Origin: Alphaproteobacteria bacterium UBA2903
GTDB lineage: Bacteria > Pseudomonadota > Alphaproteobacteria > CAAGCB01 > CAG-977
Direction of reading: 5' to 3'
Assembly: GCA_002349565.1 (NCBI GenBank)
Contig: DEDN01000027.1
Coordinates: forward strand, 39,669-103,668
DNA: 64,000 bases
In this document: piece after piece, positions 36,377 to 45,700 of the stretch
Layout of the letters: each line of letters starts with the position of its first letter
How positions within the stretch are numbered: position 1 is the first letter of the stretch
The notes under the pieces: generated by a model
What the model was told of the DNA's origin: nothing
What the model saw: only the letters and a program-made list of their open reading frames with translations
Database searches by the model: none
Translations under genes and position numbers: made by a program

Positions 36377-38109
36377 TGCAAAAGAATTTACTGAAACGTT
36401 TGCTGTCTTTCACCCGCCCTTACCTGTCCTATCTGGCTTTGGCGCTGTTTTTCGCAGTCGTCAGCGTGTCGATGACGCTGTACGCCCCCGTGCTGACGGG
36501 ACGCGCGATTGATTTGGTCACAGGCAAAGGCGCGGTCGATTTTCAGGCGTTGAAAGCCGTTTTGGAAGTCTTGGCGGTCGTCGTCGCAATAGCCGCCGCG
36601 TCCCAATGGCTGATGGGGCTTTGCACGAACAAAATCACCTATCTGACCGTGCGCGACATCCGCGTCAAAGCGTTCGACCGATTGCAAAAAGTCCCCCTGC
36701 GCTTTATCGATACGACGCCGCACGGCGACATCCTCAGCCGCGTCGCGGTTGATGCGGAACAAGTCGCGGACGGGCTTTTAATGGGCTTTACACAGCTGTT
36801 CACGGGGCTTGTCACGATTTTCGGCACAATCGGCTTTATGGCGGTTATCAACGTCAAAATCACGCTGCTTGTCGTATTTGTTACGCCTTTGTCGCTGTTC
36901 GTCGCGAATTTCATCGCCAAACGCACGTTCAAGTTTTTCAAGGTGCAATCCGAAACGCGCGGGGAAATGACGGCTTTAATCAACGAAACCGTCGGCAACT
37001 TAAAGCTTGTCAAAGCGTTCGGCTATGAAGCGAAATCCCGCGAAAAGTTCGAGGAAATCAATGCCCGTTTGCAGGATTGCGGGGTCAAGGCGCTGTTCTT
37101 TTCATCCATCACCAACCCCTGCACGCGCTTTGTCAACGGCGTGGAGTATACGCTGGTCGGCATTGTCGGGGCGTTAAGCGCGGTTGCGGGCGTGTTGACC
37201 GTCGGGCAGCTGTCGTGCTTTTTAAGCTACGCGAACCAGTACACCAAACCGTTCAACGAAATATCGGGCGTGATTGCCGAACTGCAAAGCGCGCTTGCCT
37301 CGGCAAAGCGGCTGTTTGAGATTATCGACGCGACGCCCGAAACGCCCGACGCGGCGGATGCGAAAGTTTTGGGACACGCGGACGGCACGGTCGATTTGGA
37401 ACACGTTTTCTTTTCTTACGTTCCGGAAATCAAGCTGATCGAGGATTTGTCCCTGAACGTCAAAGCGGGGCAGAAAATCGCCATTGTGGGCAAGACGGGC
37501 TGCGGCAAAACGACGCTGATTAACTTGCTGATGCGGTTTTACGACATCAATTCGGGCAGGATTTCGGTTTCCAAAACAAACGTCGAAAATATGACGCGCG
37601 ACAGCCTGCGCGCGGCGTTCGGCATGGTGCTGCAGGAAACGTGGCTGAAGTCGGGAACGGTGCGGGAAAACATCGCTTACGGCAAACCGCTTGCGTCCGA
37701 TTACGAAGTTGTTTCCGCCGCCGTTGCCGCGCATGCGGACGGCTTTATCAAACGCCTGCCCGACGGTTACGACACCGTTATCGGCGAAGACGGCGGCAGC
37801 CTGTCCCAAGGACAAAAACAGCTGTTGTGCATTGCGCGCGCGATGCTGTCCCTGCCCTCGATGCTGATTTTGGACGAAGCGACCAGCTCGATTGACACGC
37901 GCACGGAAATTTACGTTCAGAAAGCCTTTGACGAAATGATGAAAGGGCGGACAAGCTTTGTCGTCGCGCACAGGCTTTCGACCATTCGCCGCGCCGATTT
38001 GATTTTGGTGATGGACGCGGGGCATATCGTCGAACGCGGCACACACGCCGAATTGTTGGAAAAAGGCGGCTTTTACGCGAATCTGTACAACAGCCAGTTT
38101 GCCGCGTGA
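36376..38109 (+). CDS. ABC exporter, fused permease-ATPase (half-transporter B)
   Basis: Walker A GKTGCGKTT, signature LSQGQKQL and Walker B LILDEATS. Its start overlaps the stop of the upstream gene by 1 nt (taATG), which fits a heterodimer. Confidence 0.9.
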   Translation: MQKNLLKRLLSFTRPYLSYLALALFFAVVSVSMTLYAPVLTGRAIDLVTGKGAVDFQALKAVLEVLAVVVAIAAASQWLMGLCTNKITYLTVRDIRVKAFDRLQKVPLRFIDTTPHGDILSRVAVDAEQVADGLLMGFTQLFTGLVTIFGTIGFMAVINVKITLLVVFVTPLSLFVANFIAKRTFKFFKVQSETRGEMTALINETVGNLKLVKAFGYEAKSREKFEEINARLQDCGVKALFFSSITNPCTRFVNGVEYTLVGIVGALSAVAGVLTVGQLSCFLSYANQYTKPFNEISGVIAELQSALASAKRLFEIIDATPETPDAADAKVLGHADGTVDLEHVFFSYVPEIKLIEDLSLNVKAGQKIAIVGKTGCGKTTLINLLMRFYDINSGRISVSKTNVENMTRDSLRAAFGMVLQETWLKSGTVRENIAYGKPLASDYEVVSAAVAAHADGFIKRLPDGYDTVIGEDGGSLSQGQKQLLCIARAMLSLPSMLILDEATSSIDTRTEIYVQKAFDEMMKGRTSFVVAHRLSTIRRADLILVMDAGHIVERGTHAELLEKGGFYANLYNSQFAA

Positions 38110-38193
38110 AACGTCGCCGCGGCTATTCTGCGTTTTCTTTCGTCATTATTAACGGCACAGAAAGTGCCTACAACAAAACTTCTCATTTTTAAA

Positions 38194-39579
38194 TCAAAAT
38201 CTGAAATAGATGAACGGATTGTATGTTGAAGCAGCCATTGACGCCACAGCCAAAACAAACAGCAAAACCAGTCCCAAATTGACTAACACCAGCCCTGCCT
38301 TGTTGCGTACAAACAAAATATTTTTGCATACGGGCATAGCACACAACGCCGCAATCACAAAAGCGATAATCTCTATATTGTCAATGTAATAAGCCGTCGT
38401 ATAAGAAATATCGCGACCGCGAACAAATCCGAACATATTTTTCAGATATTCAACAGCATACGACAGCGTGTCCGCGCGAAAAACAACCCACCCGATAACA
38501 ACGACGAAAATCGCGTAAGCATGGTGCAAAAACGATTTTGTTTCATTTTTATGCCAACCCGTCAATTTTTCGACAATAATGAACAAACCGTGCCATAATC
38601 CCCAAACAACAAAAGTCCAACTGGCACCATGCCACACGCCTGTCGCCAGAAAAACAATGAACAAGTTAAGCAAATTACGTTTTTTGCCAACCCGATTTCC
38701 GCCTAAAGGAATGTACAGATATTCCTTAAACCACGTTGACAAAGAAATATGCCATCTGTGCCAAAATTCCGTAATGGATTTTGAAATATAGGGATAGTTG
38801 AAATTTTCCAAAAATTTGAATCCGAAAATCGCTCCCAATCCGATAGCCATATCGGAATACCCGGAAAAATCATAAAACAGTTGAAACGAATAAGCTATTG
38901 CCCCGATCCAAGCCGTCAAAGCATTAAATTGTTCAACCGGTTGAGAAAAAATTTTATCGGCAACCGCGCCCAGAGTGTTCGCTATCAGTATTTTTTTCGC
39001 CAGTCCGATGATAAAGCGTTTTATACCGTACACCGCTTTTTCGCTAGACTCTTCCCGATTTGAAATTTGATCGGCGACATCATGATATTTGACAATCGGT
39101 CCCGCAACCAGTTGAGGAAATAATGTAATGTACAAAGCCAATTTTGCCAAATCCCTCTGCGCCTGTGCTTCACGGCGATACACGTCAATCAGATAAGACA
39201 TTGCTTGAAAAGTATAAAAAGAAATGCCGATAGGCATAACAACGTCAATCAGCGAAATATCCGCTGAACACAGCGCATTAATATTTTCAACAACGAAATT
39301 GAAATATTTAAAATAAAACAAAAAACTTAAATCCGCGCAAATCGTGCATGACAAAATCGACCTTGCTTTTTTGCGGTATTTTTCAATACATAGTGCGCCC
39401 GCCCAATTGATAATGATCGTCGCAATCATTATCGCCAGATAATCGGGTTCGCCCCATGCGTAAAATACAATACTCGCAACAAGCAATACATGATTCTTCA
39501 GCTCGCGGCGCGACAAAAAATACAATGTTGCAACGATCGGCAAAAACAAAAACACAAACGTCATCGATGAAAAAAGCAT
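38194..39579 (-). CDS. MBOAT-family membrane O-acyltransferase (AlgI/DltB-like)
   Basis: A multi-TM protein with the motif FWHRWHISLSTWFKEYLYIPLGGNR. The gene is low in GC. Confidence 0.85.
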   Translation of the reverse strand: MLFSSMTFVFLFLPIVATLYFLSRRELKNHVLLVASIVFYAWGEPDYLAIMIATIIINWAGALCIEKYRKKARSILSCTICADLSFLFYFKYFNFVVENINALCSADISLIDVVMPIGISFYTFQAMSYLIDVYRREAQAQRDLAKLALYITLFPQLVAGPIVKYHDVADQISNREESSEKAVYGIKRFIIGLAKKILIANTLGAVADKIFSQPVEQFNALTAWIGAIAYSFQLFYDFSGYSDMAIGLGAIFGFKFLENFNYPYISKSITEFWHRWHISLSTWFKEYLYIPLGGNRVGKKRNLLNLFIVFLATGVWHGASWTFVVWGLWHGLFIIVEKLTGWHKNETKSFLHHAYAIFVVVIGWVVFRADTLSYAVEYLKNMFGFVRGRDISYTTAYYIDNIEIIAFVIAALCAMPVCKNILFVRNKAGLVLVNLGLVLLFVLAVASMAASTYNPFIYFRF

Positions 39580-39583
39580 GGCA

Positions 39584-41251
39584 TTATTTCCTCATAAAAT
39601 CTGGGACTTTTTGATTTTCAAGATATGGGAGATACCGTTCAACTATTTCAAAAACGATAATATCCGATTGCTTTAAAATTTGTTCATCACTAAGTTTAAA
39701 TTCTCTTCGCCATTCAAAAACACTTTCTCTAAAACACATATAATAATAATCAAGCATAGATTTTGAAAACGAGTCCCTAAGAGAAAACAAATTTATTTTA
39801 TTGTCCTTGTTAACACAGTGAACACTATCTCTGCTTTTTGTATCAACGCAATTGTCGCTTTGTACCGTCAAATGTTTATACTTAATATTTTCATACAAGC
39901 CTTTCCTTGTATAAATCATTGAATTTAAATCTCCTTTCGGATACGAAACGAGTTTGAACTCAACATTTAATGACGGCAATTCTGGAAAATCTTTTTTCAT
40001 TTCATCCCACAAAGCCTGATATCCGATAAACGCTCCGTACTGATTCCAATGAGTATCATTCTTCCAATACAATAATCCGTCTTTTTTCGCCGATAAAAGA
40101 TTGTCCCTCGGATAAATGACGTTAATGTCTGAATTTGATTTTATATAATCTACTAATTGATATGTTCTGCTTAACCTATCATCGTTCAATTTTTTATAAG
40201 CAGTCGAAAAGTATTCTCCATATATTTTATTTTTGTCAGGAGCAATAAATAAATAGAATTTCTTTCTGTTTTTTTTGCAGAAAGAATTAATTTCATCAAG
40301 ATACATTAATATTGAATTAAGCTGCTTTTTATTATATAAAATCTTATTTTGCCAATTTTGAATCCCATTATCAAGTTTCAAAAAAATAAAGCCATCTTTT
40401 CCCATCATAGCTTTGTTATTTTCTATACGACTGTTAATGAAATTTTTAAAAACAGACCATAATGACTGCAGTCTTTTTCTGCCGTTAAATCTGTCATTAA
40501 ACCACGCCTCAAAATCGCGCCCGTATTTCAAATTCATCCCGTTTTTCGTTATCAAAGACGGACGCTTGGCTAACATTCTGTTTTCCGTAACGGATTTGTC
40601 GGCGCGATCGATTTTCGACATTGGAACAAACAGCACGGCACACACAACAATAAGCAACGCAACATCAGCCGCAGGAATGCGCGTTTTGATTTTTAAAATC
40701 ATTCCCGCCAACTGCCACCCCGCCAAACAAGACAGCGCAAAAACGCTGAACAGCAGCAATCCGTCAATTTCAATTCCGTGCTTTAATTTCAACGGTCTTT
40801 TCCAAATAAAATACGGATCCTTTTGCGATGAATTTAATTCCAGTATATCGTTTTCAATCTTGTACGAATCGATTTGATTTGGATGAACGTCTGTTTTTCC
40901 TTGCAGCAAATAAACGGTTTTATCGCCTTTTATTTTCAAATTCTTAATCGTTATATTCCCGGGAACGGTTCCAACATCCAGTCTGAATCTTTCGATATAT
41001 TTCACGGGCAACAGCAGCTTGACCTTTCTATAATCAGAATTCAAAACCGCTTTTTGAGTTACGACCTTATTTCCGTTGAATTTCTCGCCATCCGTTTCCG
41101 TATAAAATACTTGAAACGCAATGGAAGAATCGCCCGTTCCTTTGGCAAGAAATTCCACCTCGATCGTCGAAGTCTTGTATAGCCGCGCGCACAACAAACA
41201 ACATACCGTTGCAAAAAAACAGGCTAAACCTAAACGGGATTTGTTAAGCAT
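39584..41251 (-). CDS. AlgX/AlgJ/DltD-like periplasmic O-acyltransferase partner (DHHW family)
   Basis: A signal anchor followed by the KNDTHWNQYGA (D-x-H-W) motif. The gene lies immediately upstream of the MBOAT gene and is low in GC. Confidence 0.6.
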   Translation of the reverse strand: MLNKSRLGLACFFATVCCLLCARLYKTSTIEVEFLAKGTGDSSIAFQVFYTETDGEKFNGNKVVTQKAVLNSDYRKVKLLLPVKYIERFRLDVGTVPGNITIKNLKIKGDKTVYLLQGKTDVHPNQIDSYKIENDILELNSSQKDPYFIWKRPLKLKHGIEIDGLLLFSVFALSCLAGWQLAGMILKIKTRIPAADVALLIVVCAVLFVPMSKIDRADKSVTENRMLAKRPSLITKNGMNLKYGRDFEAWFNDRFNGRKRLQSLWSVFKNFINSRIENNKAMMGKDGFIFLKLDNGIQNWQNKILYNKKQLNSILMYLDEINSFCKKNRKKFYLFIAPDKNKIYGEYFSTAYKKLNDDRLSRTYQLVDYIKSNSDINVIYPRDNLLSAKKDGLLYWKNDTHWNQYGAFIGYQALWDEMKKDFPELPSLNVEFKLVSYPKGDLNSMIYTRKGLYENIKYKHLTVQSDNCVDTKSRDSVHCVNKDNKINLFSLRDSFSKSMLDYYYMCFRESVFEWRREFKLSDEQILKQSDIIVFEIVERYLPYLENQKVPDFMRK

Positions 41252-41260
41252 ATTTTCTCC

Positions 41261-42121
41261 TTATTTTTCATGCAATTTTGCGGTGCGCTTAAAGCTCAAC
41301 AACAGCAGCTTGCCGAATAAATACACTTTCGTTTTGTATCCTTGCGTTTCGATTTTCAGCAAAGGAATAAAGCCGAACAGTTTCACCCTGACCGCGCAAG
41401 CCGCGCGCAGTATAAATTCATCGTACAATGCGGGATGTTCGACTTTCAGCAACGCCTGCACGGCAAACGTCGCCCGCGCCATTCGATCCGCCTGCAGCAG
41501 CGACGTGTTGCTTTCATGACAGCGGTAACGGAACAGCACTTCGGGCAAATTGTGAAATTTTGTGACTTTCATCAGGCGCGCGAACAGAGCATAGTCTTCC
41601 GACGGGGAAAACTCTTCCTCGTAGCGAAGTGCATTGCCGGTCAAGACCGATTTGCGAATCATGCAGGCGGAATGAACGATCGGACAGCCGCGCATCATGG
41701 CAAGCTTGATTTCCTTGTCGTTTTCAGGAAAGTTTGACAGATCTCCGTGCGGAAATCTTTGAATCCTGCACGACACAAGCCCCACATCGGGATGCGCGTC
41801 CAGAAAAGCCGCTTCCCGTTCGAACCGTTCGGGCAAAGACACGTCGTCATGATCCATAACCGCCAAGTATTCGCCGTTTGCCAAATCAATCAGCCTGTTG
41901 CGCGTCCCCGATATACCTATGTTGGCTTCGTTTCGATAAAAGCGAATGCGCGGATCGGCGTAGGATTTGACAACGGATTCAATATCCCCGCCCGTTGAAC
42001 CGTCGTCCACAATGATAAATTCGAAGTCTTCAAGCGTTTGATTCAGCACGCTTTCGATTGCTTCGCGCAGATATTCCTCTTTGGTGTTGAAAGTCGGAAA
42101 CAAAACGGAAATTTTAGGCAT
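41261..42121 (-). CDS. Family-2 glycosyltransferase
   Basis: ISVLFPTFNTKEEYLREAIESVLNQT...FIIVDDGSTGG. Confidence 0.85.
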   Translation of the reverse strand: MPKISVLFPTFNTKEEYLREAIESVLNQTLEDFEFIIVDDGSTGGDIESVVKSYADPRIRFYRNEANIGISGTRNRLIDLANGEYLAVMDHDDVSLPERFEREAAFLDAHPDVGLVSCRIQRFPHGDLSNFPENDKEIKLAMMRGCPIVHSACMIRKSVLTGNALRYEEEFSPSEDYALFARLMKVTKFHNLPEVLFRYRCHESNTSLLQADRMARATFAVQALLKVEHPALYDEFILRAACAVRVKLFGFIPLLKIETQGYKTKVYLFGKLLLLSFKRTAKLHEK

Positions 42122-42698
42122 CGATCAGCTCCGCCAATTCGGGCGTCCTTTTAAGGAAAGTCGCCAGCGTGTTTTGCGCGACATGCAATCGTATGGCGAT
42201 TTGACGGCGCGAATAGCCGCTTTGCAGCAATTGAGCAATTTCGATTTCATGCCCCGACAATTTTGTTCGCTTGTTCAGCGCGCCGTAAGGACGCCCCAGC
42301 TTTTGCCCCGCGGAACGGCGAAGATCCAAGCTTTCCTTGGTCAATCGGGATCGCAGTTCCTCCGTCAAAGCCGCAACTTTTTCGAACATATCCGCCATAA
42401 CCGCCGCAGAGGCAAGATTTCCGTCAAACAGCACGCCGTCGGCGCAAGAATAAACCGTAACACCCCTTTTCAGCAGCACCGCCAGCATTTTGGCAATGGA
42501 AGCGACATCTTTTGCCAGACGGAACGTTTTTTCCAACAGCAAAACATCGCCCCGCCCCAAAGATTCGGGATTGAACGCGGAAGCATTCTGCCAATTGTCG
42601 ATTGGCATCCCGCGCAATTCGGCATAGTTTGAAATTGCCGATTGCTGACGCTTGGCAACTTCATCGCCGTTCTGATCTTGTATAAAAGCGACGTTCAT
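42114..42698 (-). CDS. Serine-recombinase (resolvase/invertase) homolog lacking the catalytic Ser motif
   Basis: The C-terminal two-thirds align with the resolvase at 48549 (RGDVLLLEKTFRLAKDV... / GKLGRP / HTH). The N-terminus reads FIQDQNGDE where a resolvase has Y-x-R-x-S-T-x-x-Q. The gene overlaps the downstream GT2 start by 8 nt. Confidence 0.65.
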   Translation of the reverse strand: MNVAFIQDQNGDEVAKRQQSAISNYAELRGMPIDNWQNASAFNPESLGRGDVLLLEKTFRLAKDVASIAKMLAVLLKRGVTVYSCADGVLFDGNLASAAVMADMFEKVAALTEELRSRLTKESLDLRRSAGQKLGRPYGALNKRTKLSGHEIEIAQLLQSGYSRRQIAIRLHVAQNTLATFLKRTPELAELIDA

Positions 42699-42712
42699 GC
42701 CGCCTCCCGCTT

Positions 42713-45700
42713 TTACAAAAAGTTGATAAAGGAACGGCTTTCGCTCAATAGCAAAACTTGAGTTTTAATGCCCGTACGCTTGTCTTCCACGAATCTAATT
42801 CCCTTTTCGGACAGCCTTTGCTTTGTTTTGCGAATAGTGTCCTGTTCGCCCGCCCGTTCGGCATCGTCGAATATAATGACGAAATCGTCGGCAAGGTTGT
42901 TGTCAACCAGACCGATAATGTTCGTCCTCGGCTGCGGCTGATCGGCGCCGAAAGGTCCGTCAACAACAATCAGCTGATATTTCGTGTCTTGGACAATCGG
43001 CGTCATATCGGCATATTTGCGGCAAGCAATCCCGTTTACCGTAAAAAATTCCAGTTCTTGATGATGAATGCGGATATTGTCCCCTTTTGCCAATTGTGCG
43101 GAATAAAGGTCAATCCAGTTTTTGTCGTTTTCGACAATATCCAGCTTTGCATCGGGATGTTTAAAAGCCGCATATTGAGTCGTCAGTTTGGACGTTTGCC
43201 CCATTCCCATTTCCAAAATTGTTTGAGGATTGGCGTTGTCCAAAACTCTGAACAGCGTGTACAGGAAACCATAATTCGCCGCCCCGCGGAAACAGGTAAA
43301 CGATTTGTCTTTCAGCCAAGCGGTTTGCAAAGTGGTGTCGTGAAGCAAATCGGCAAAATTCAATTCTTGATAATTTTGCCGCGCTTCAGTCTGCGCCTTT
43401 TGTATTTTTTGCTTTAAATCCTGCGCGTTTTCTTCTTGCTTCACAGAAACGTCTTTTGACAACACCGCCAGTTCAGATTTCAGATCAGCCGTTTGCTCTT
43501 TCAAAGTTTCGCTGACATTTGCGTTGATTTCATCGGTTTGACGAGTCAATTCTCCCGTCAAGCGGAACAATCCGTCCTTGGCGTTCAAACCACACTCTTT
43601 AACGGCAAGATTTACCTTTTCGCTTGCCGCTTCCGTCGCCGCCGTCAACAGTTTGAAATCGGACAACAATCTTTCCGATATGCGTTCAATCGCCTTTGCA
43701 TTGGCAAACAAACTGTTTTGCAAAGTCTGGCAATAAGACGTCATTTGATTTTCCAATGCCGTCGCCGCCTCTTCGGACTGCCGCGTGCTGTACATCAGTT
43801 CGTTTGACAGCATGGATGACATGCGGCTTACTTGATCTGTAATTTCCTTAACGGCATTGCGTTCTGTTTCATGGATTGCGGAAACGATCAAATTTGACGC
43901 CTCCGACAACGCTTTTTGCAAACCCGTTTGTTTTTCCGCCAAACTTTTGATTTCGTTGTTCAGATTACCCAGTTCCTTTTTCACGATGTCCTGACGTGAC
44001 AGTGCATCAACGATCTGTTTGCTTAATGCTTGGTGCAATTTCGCAAACAATTCGCCGTTTTCAACGCGATTTTGAGTAATTTCGGCAGACAAAGCGGCAA
44101 AGCGGTTTTCCCGTGTGATTTTCAGTCCCAAAACACGGTAAATCTTCTTGTTCTCCTGTTTGGTAACAGAGAACAAGGGATTAGTTTTTTTTGCTTCCTT
44201 TTTCTGATTTGGCATTTTTTTCACCAACGTTTTGACAATGGAGTTCATATGTCCCAAAACATAATTCGATGAAGGAAACAGTTTTTTAAGTGTATCCGTC
44301 AAATCTGCCGGCGCATAATTGTGTAGCGATTGTTCAAAAGCAATTTGCACCACTTGTCCGTCTTTAACAGGCATTTCATATTTGAAAGGCTTGTCGTGCC
44401 AGACTGTTACAGGGATTTTCAACTGTTCATTGCCGTTGATTTTGATGGATGTGAAATCAATATAAACAGGAAAACGCACATTACTTTTATCACGTTTGTC
44501 TTGCCCTCGGAAAACAATTGACAATTTACCGTCTTTAATTGCCTTTACCGTCATTTTTTGTACCAACGAACTGCCTGTAACAACTTTCCCACGTCCTTGC
44601 GCATTGGAAAGCCACGCAGGCTCGGCAACAGATAAAGTATTTCCTGTTATAGAAATACCATTTTCAGACTTACCAACGTTTTTAACATCCAATCTGAATG
44701 TGTGCAGAGTATCTTCAACACATTTTTCCATTTTACGGCTTAATTTGCGTTTTAATTTTTCCCGTTGTAACAAATTGTACGGGAATAAAATGTATGACAA
44801 CAGCTTTTTTGTACGCTTAATGGTTTCTATATTGTTATAAATTATCTTAATAGTATTATCTATATCGTAATCATTTCTAACATCTCGCAAAAATGTTCCC
44901 CAACGTTTATTGAAAATCTTTTTATTCTTTTCTAATGCTATTTTTCTTCTTGTACTTCCAAATGATGCGTGGCGTTTATGATATACTAATAAATTATCTA
45001 TTAGGACAGTTTTATACCCATTCTTAATAGCCCTTAAATCAAAATCATCTTCTTCACAATACCCACACTCAAAAACTTCATCAAACAAACCTATAGTTTT
45101 AGCGATGTTTTTTCTTACACAAAAACAAAACCCTTCTGGCGTAAACAAAGGATATTTTGGGGAAATTTTTTTATTAATTAAGGCATCTGTTTTTTTAAAA
45201 TCATAAAACAGCGTTTCTTTAATATTAAAAAATCCAGAATTTGTACAAAGCGGAGATGCCGCTGCTATTTTTCTATCACAACTAAAACAAGCAGCAACCC
45301 TATTATCAAACAACGCAGGAATCTTTGTATCGCTATTCAAAAACACAACAACATCATTATTAGCAATTTCAAGAGCCTTATTGCAAGTTTTCAAAAAGCC
45401 AAGGTTTTTCTCATTTCTTATATATTTAAAATTATATTTTTTACAATACTTTTTTACAAAATTTCCTTCTTTTATAGAGGAAGCATCATCAATCACAATA
45501 ACCTCCGTTGACTTTTTTAATTTTGCCTGTCTTAACGATTTCAAGCACATTTTAACATCTTTCACCGCATTATAAACAGGGACAACTACAGATATGCTTT
45601 CTCTATCACTTTCATTTGACCATTTTTTTTCTTCATGTGTCACCATTGTATTTAAATTTTTAGAAAAACACTCCATTGAATTAAATTTAATATAGTGTTT

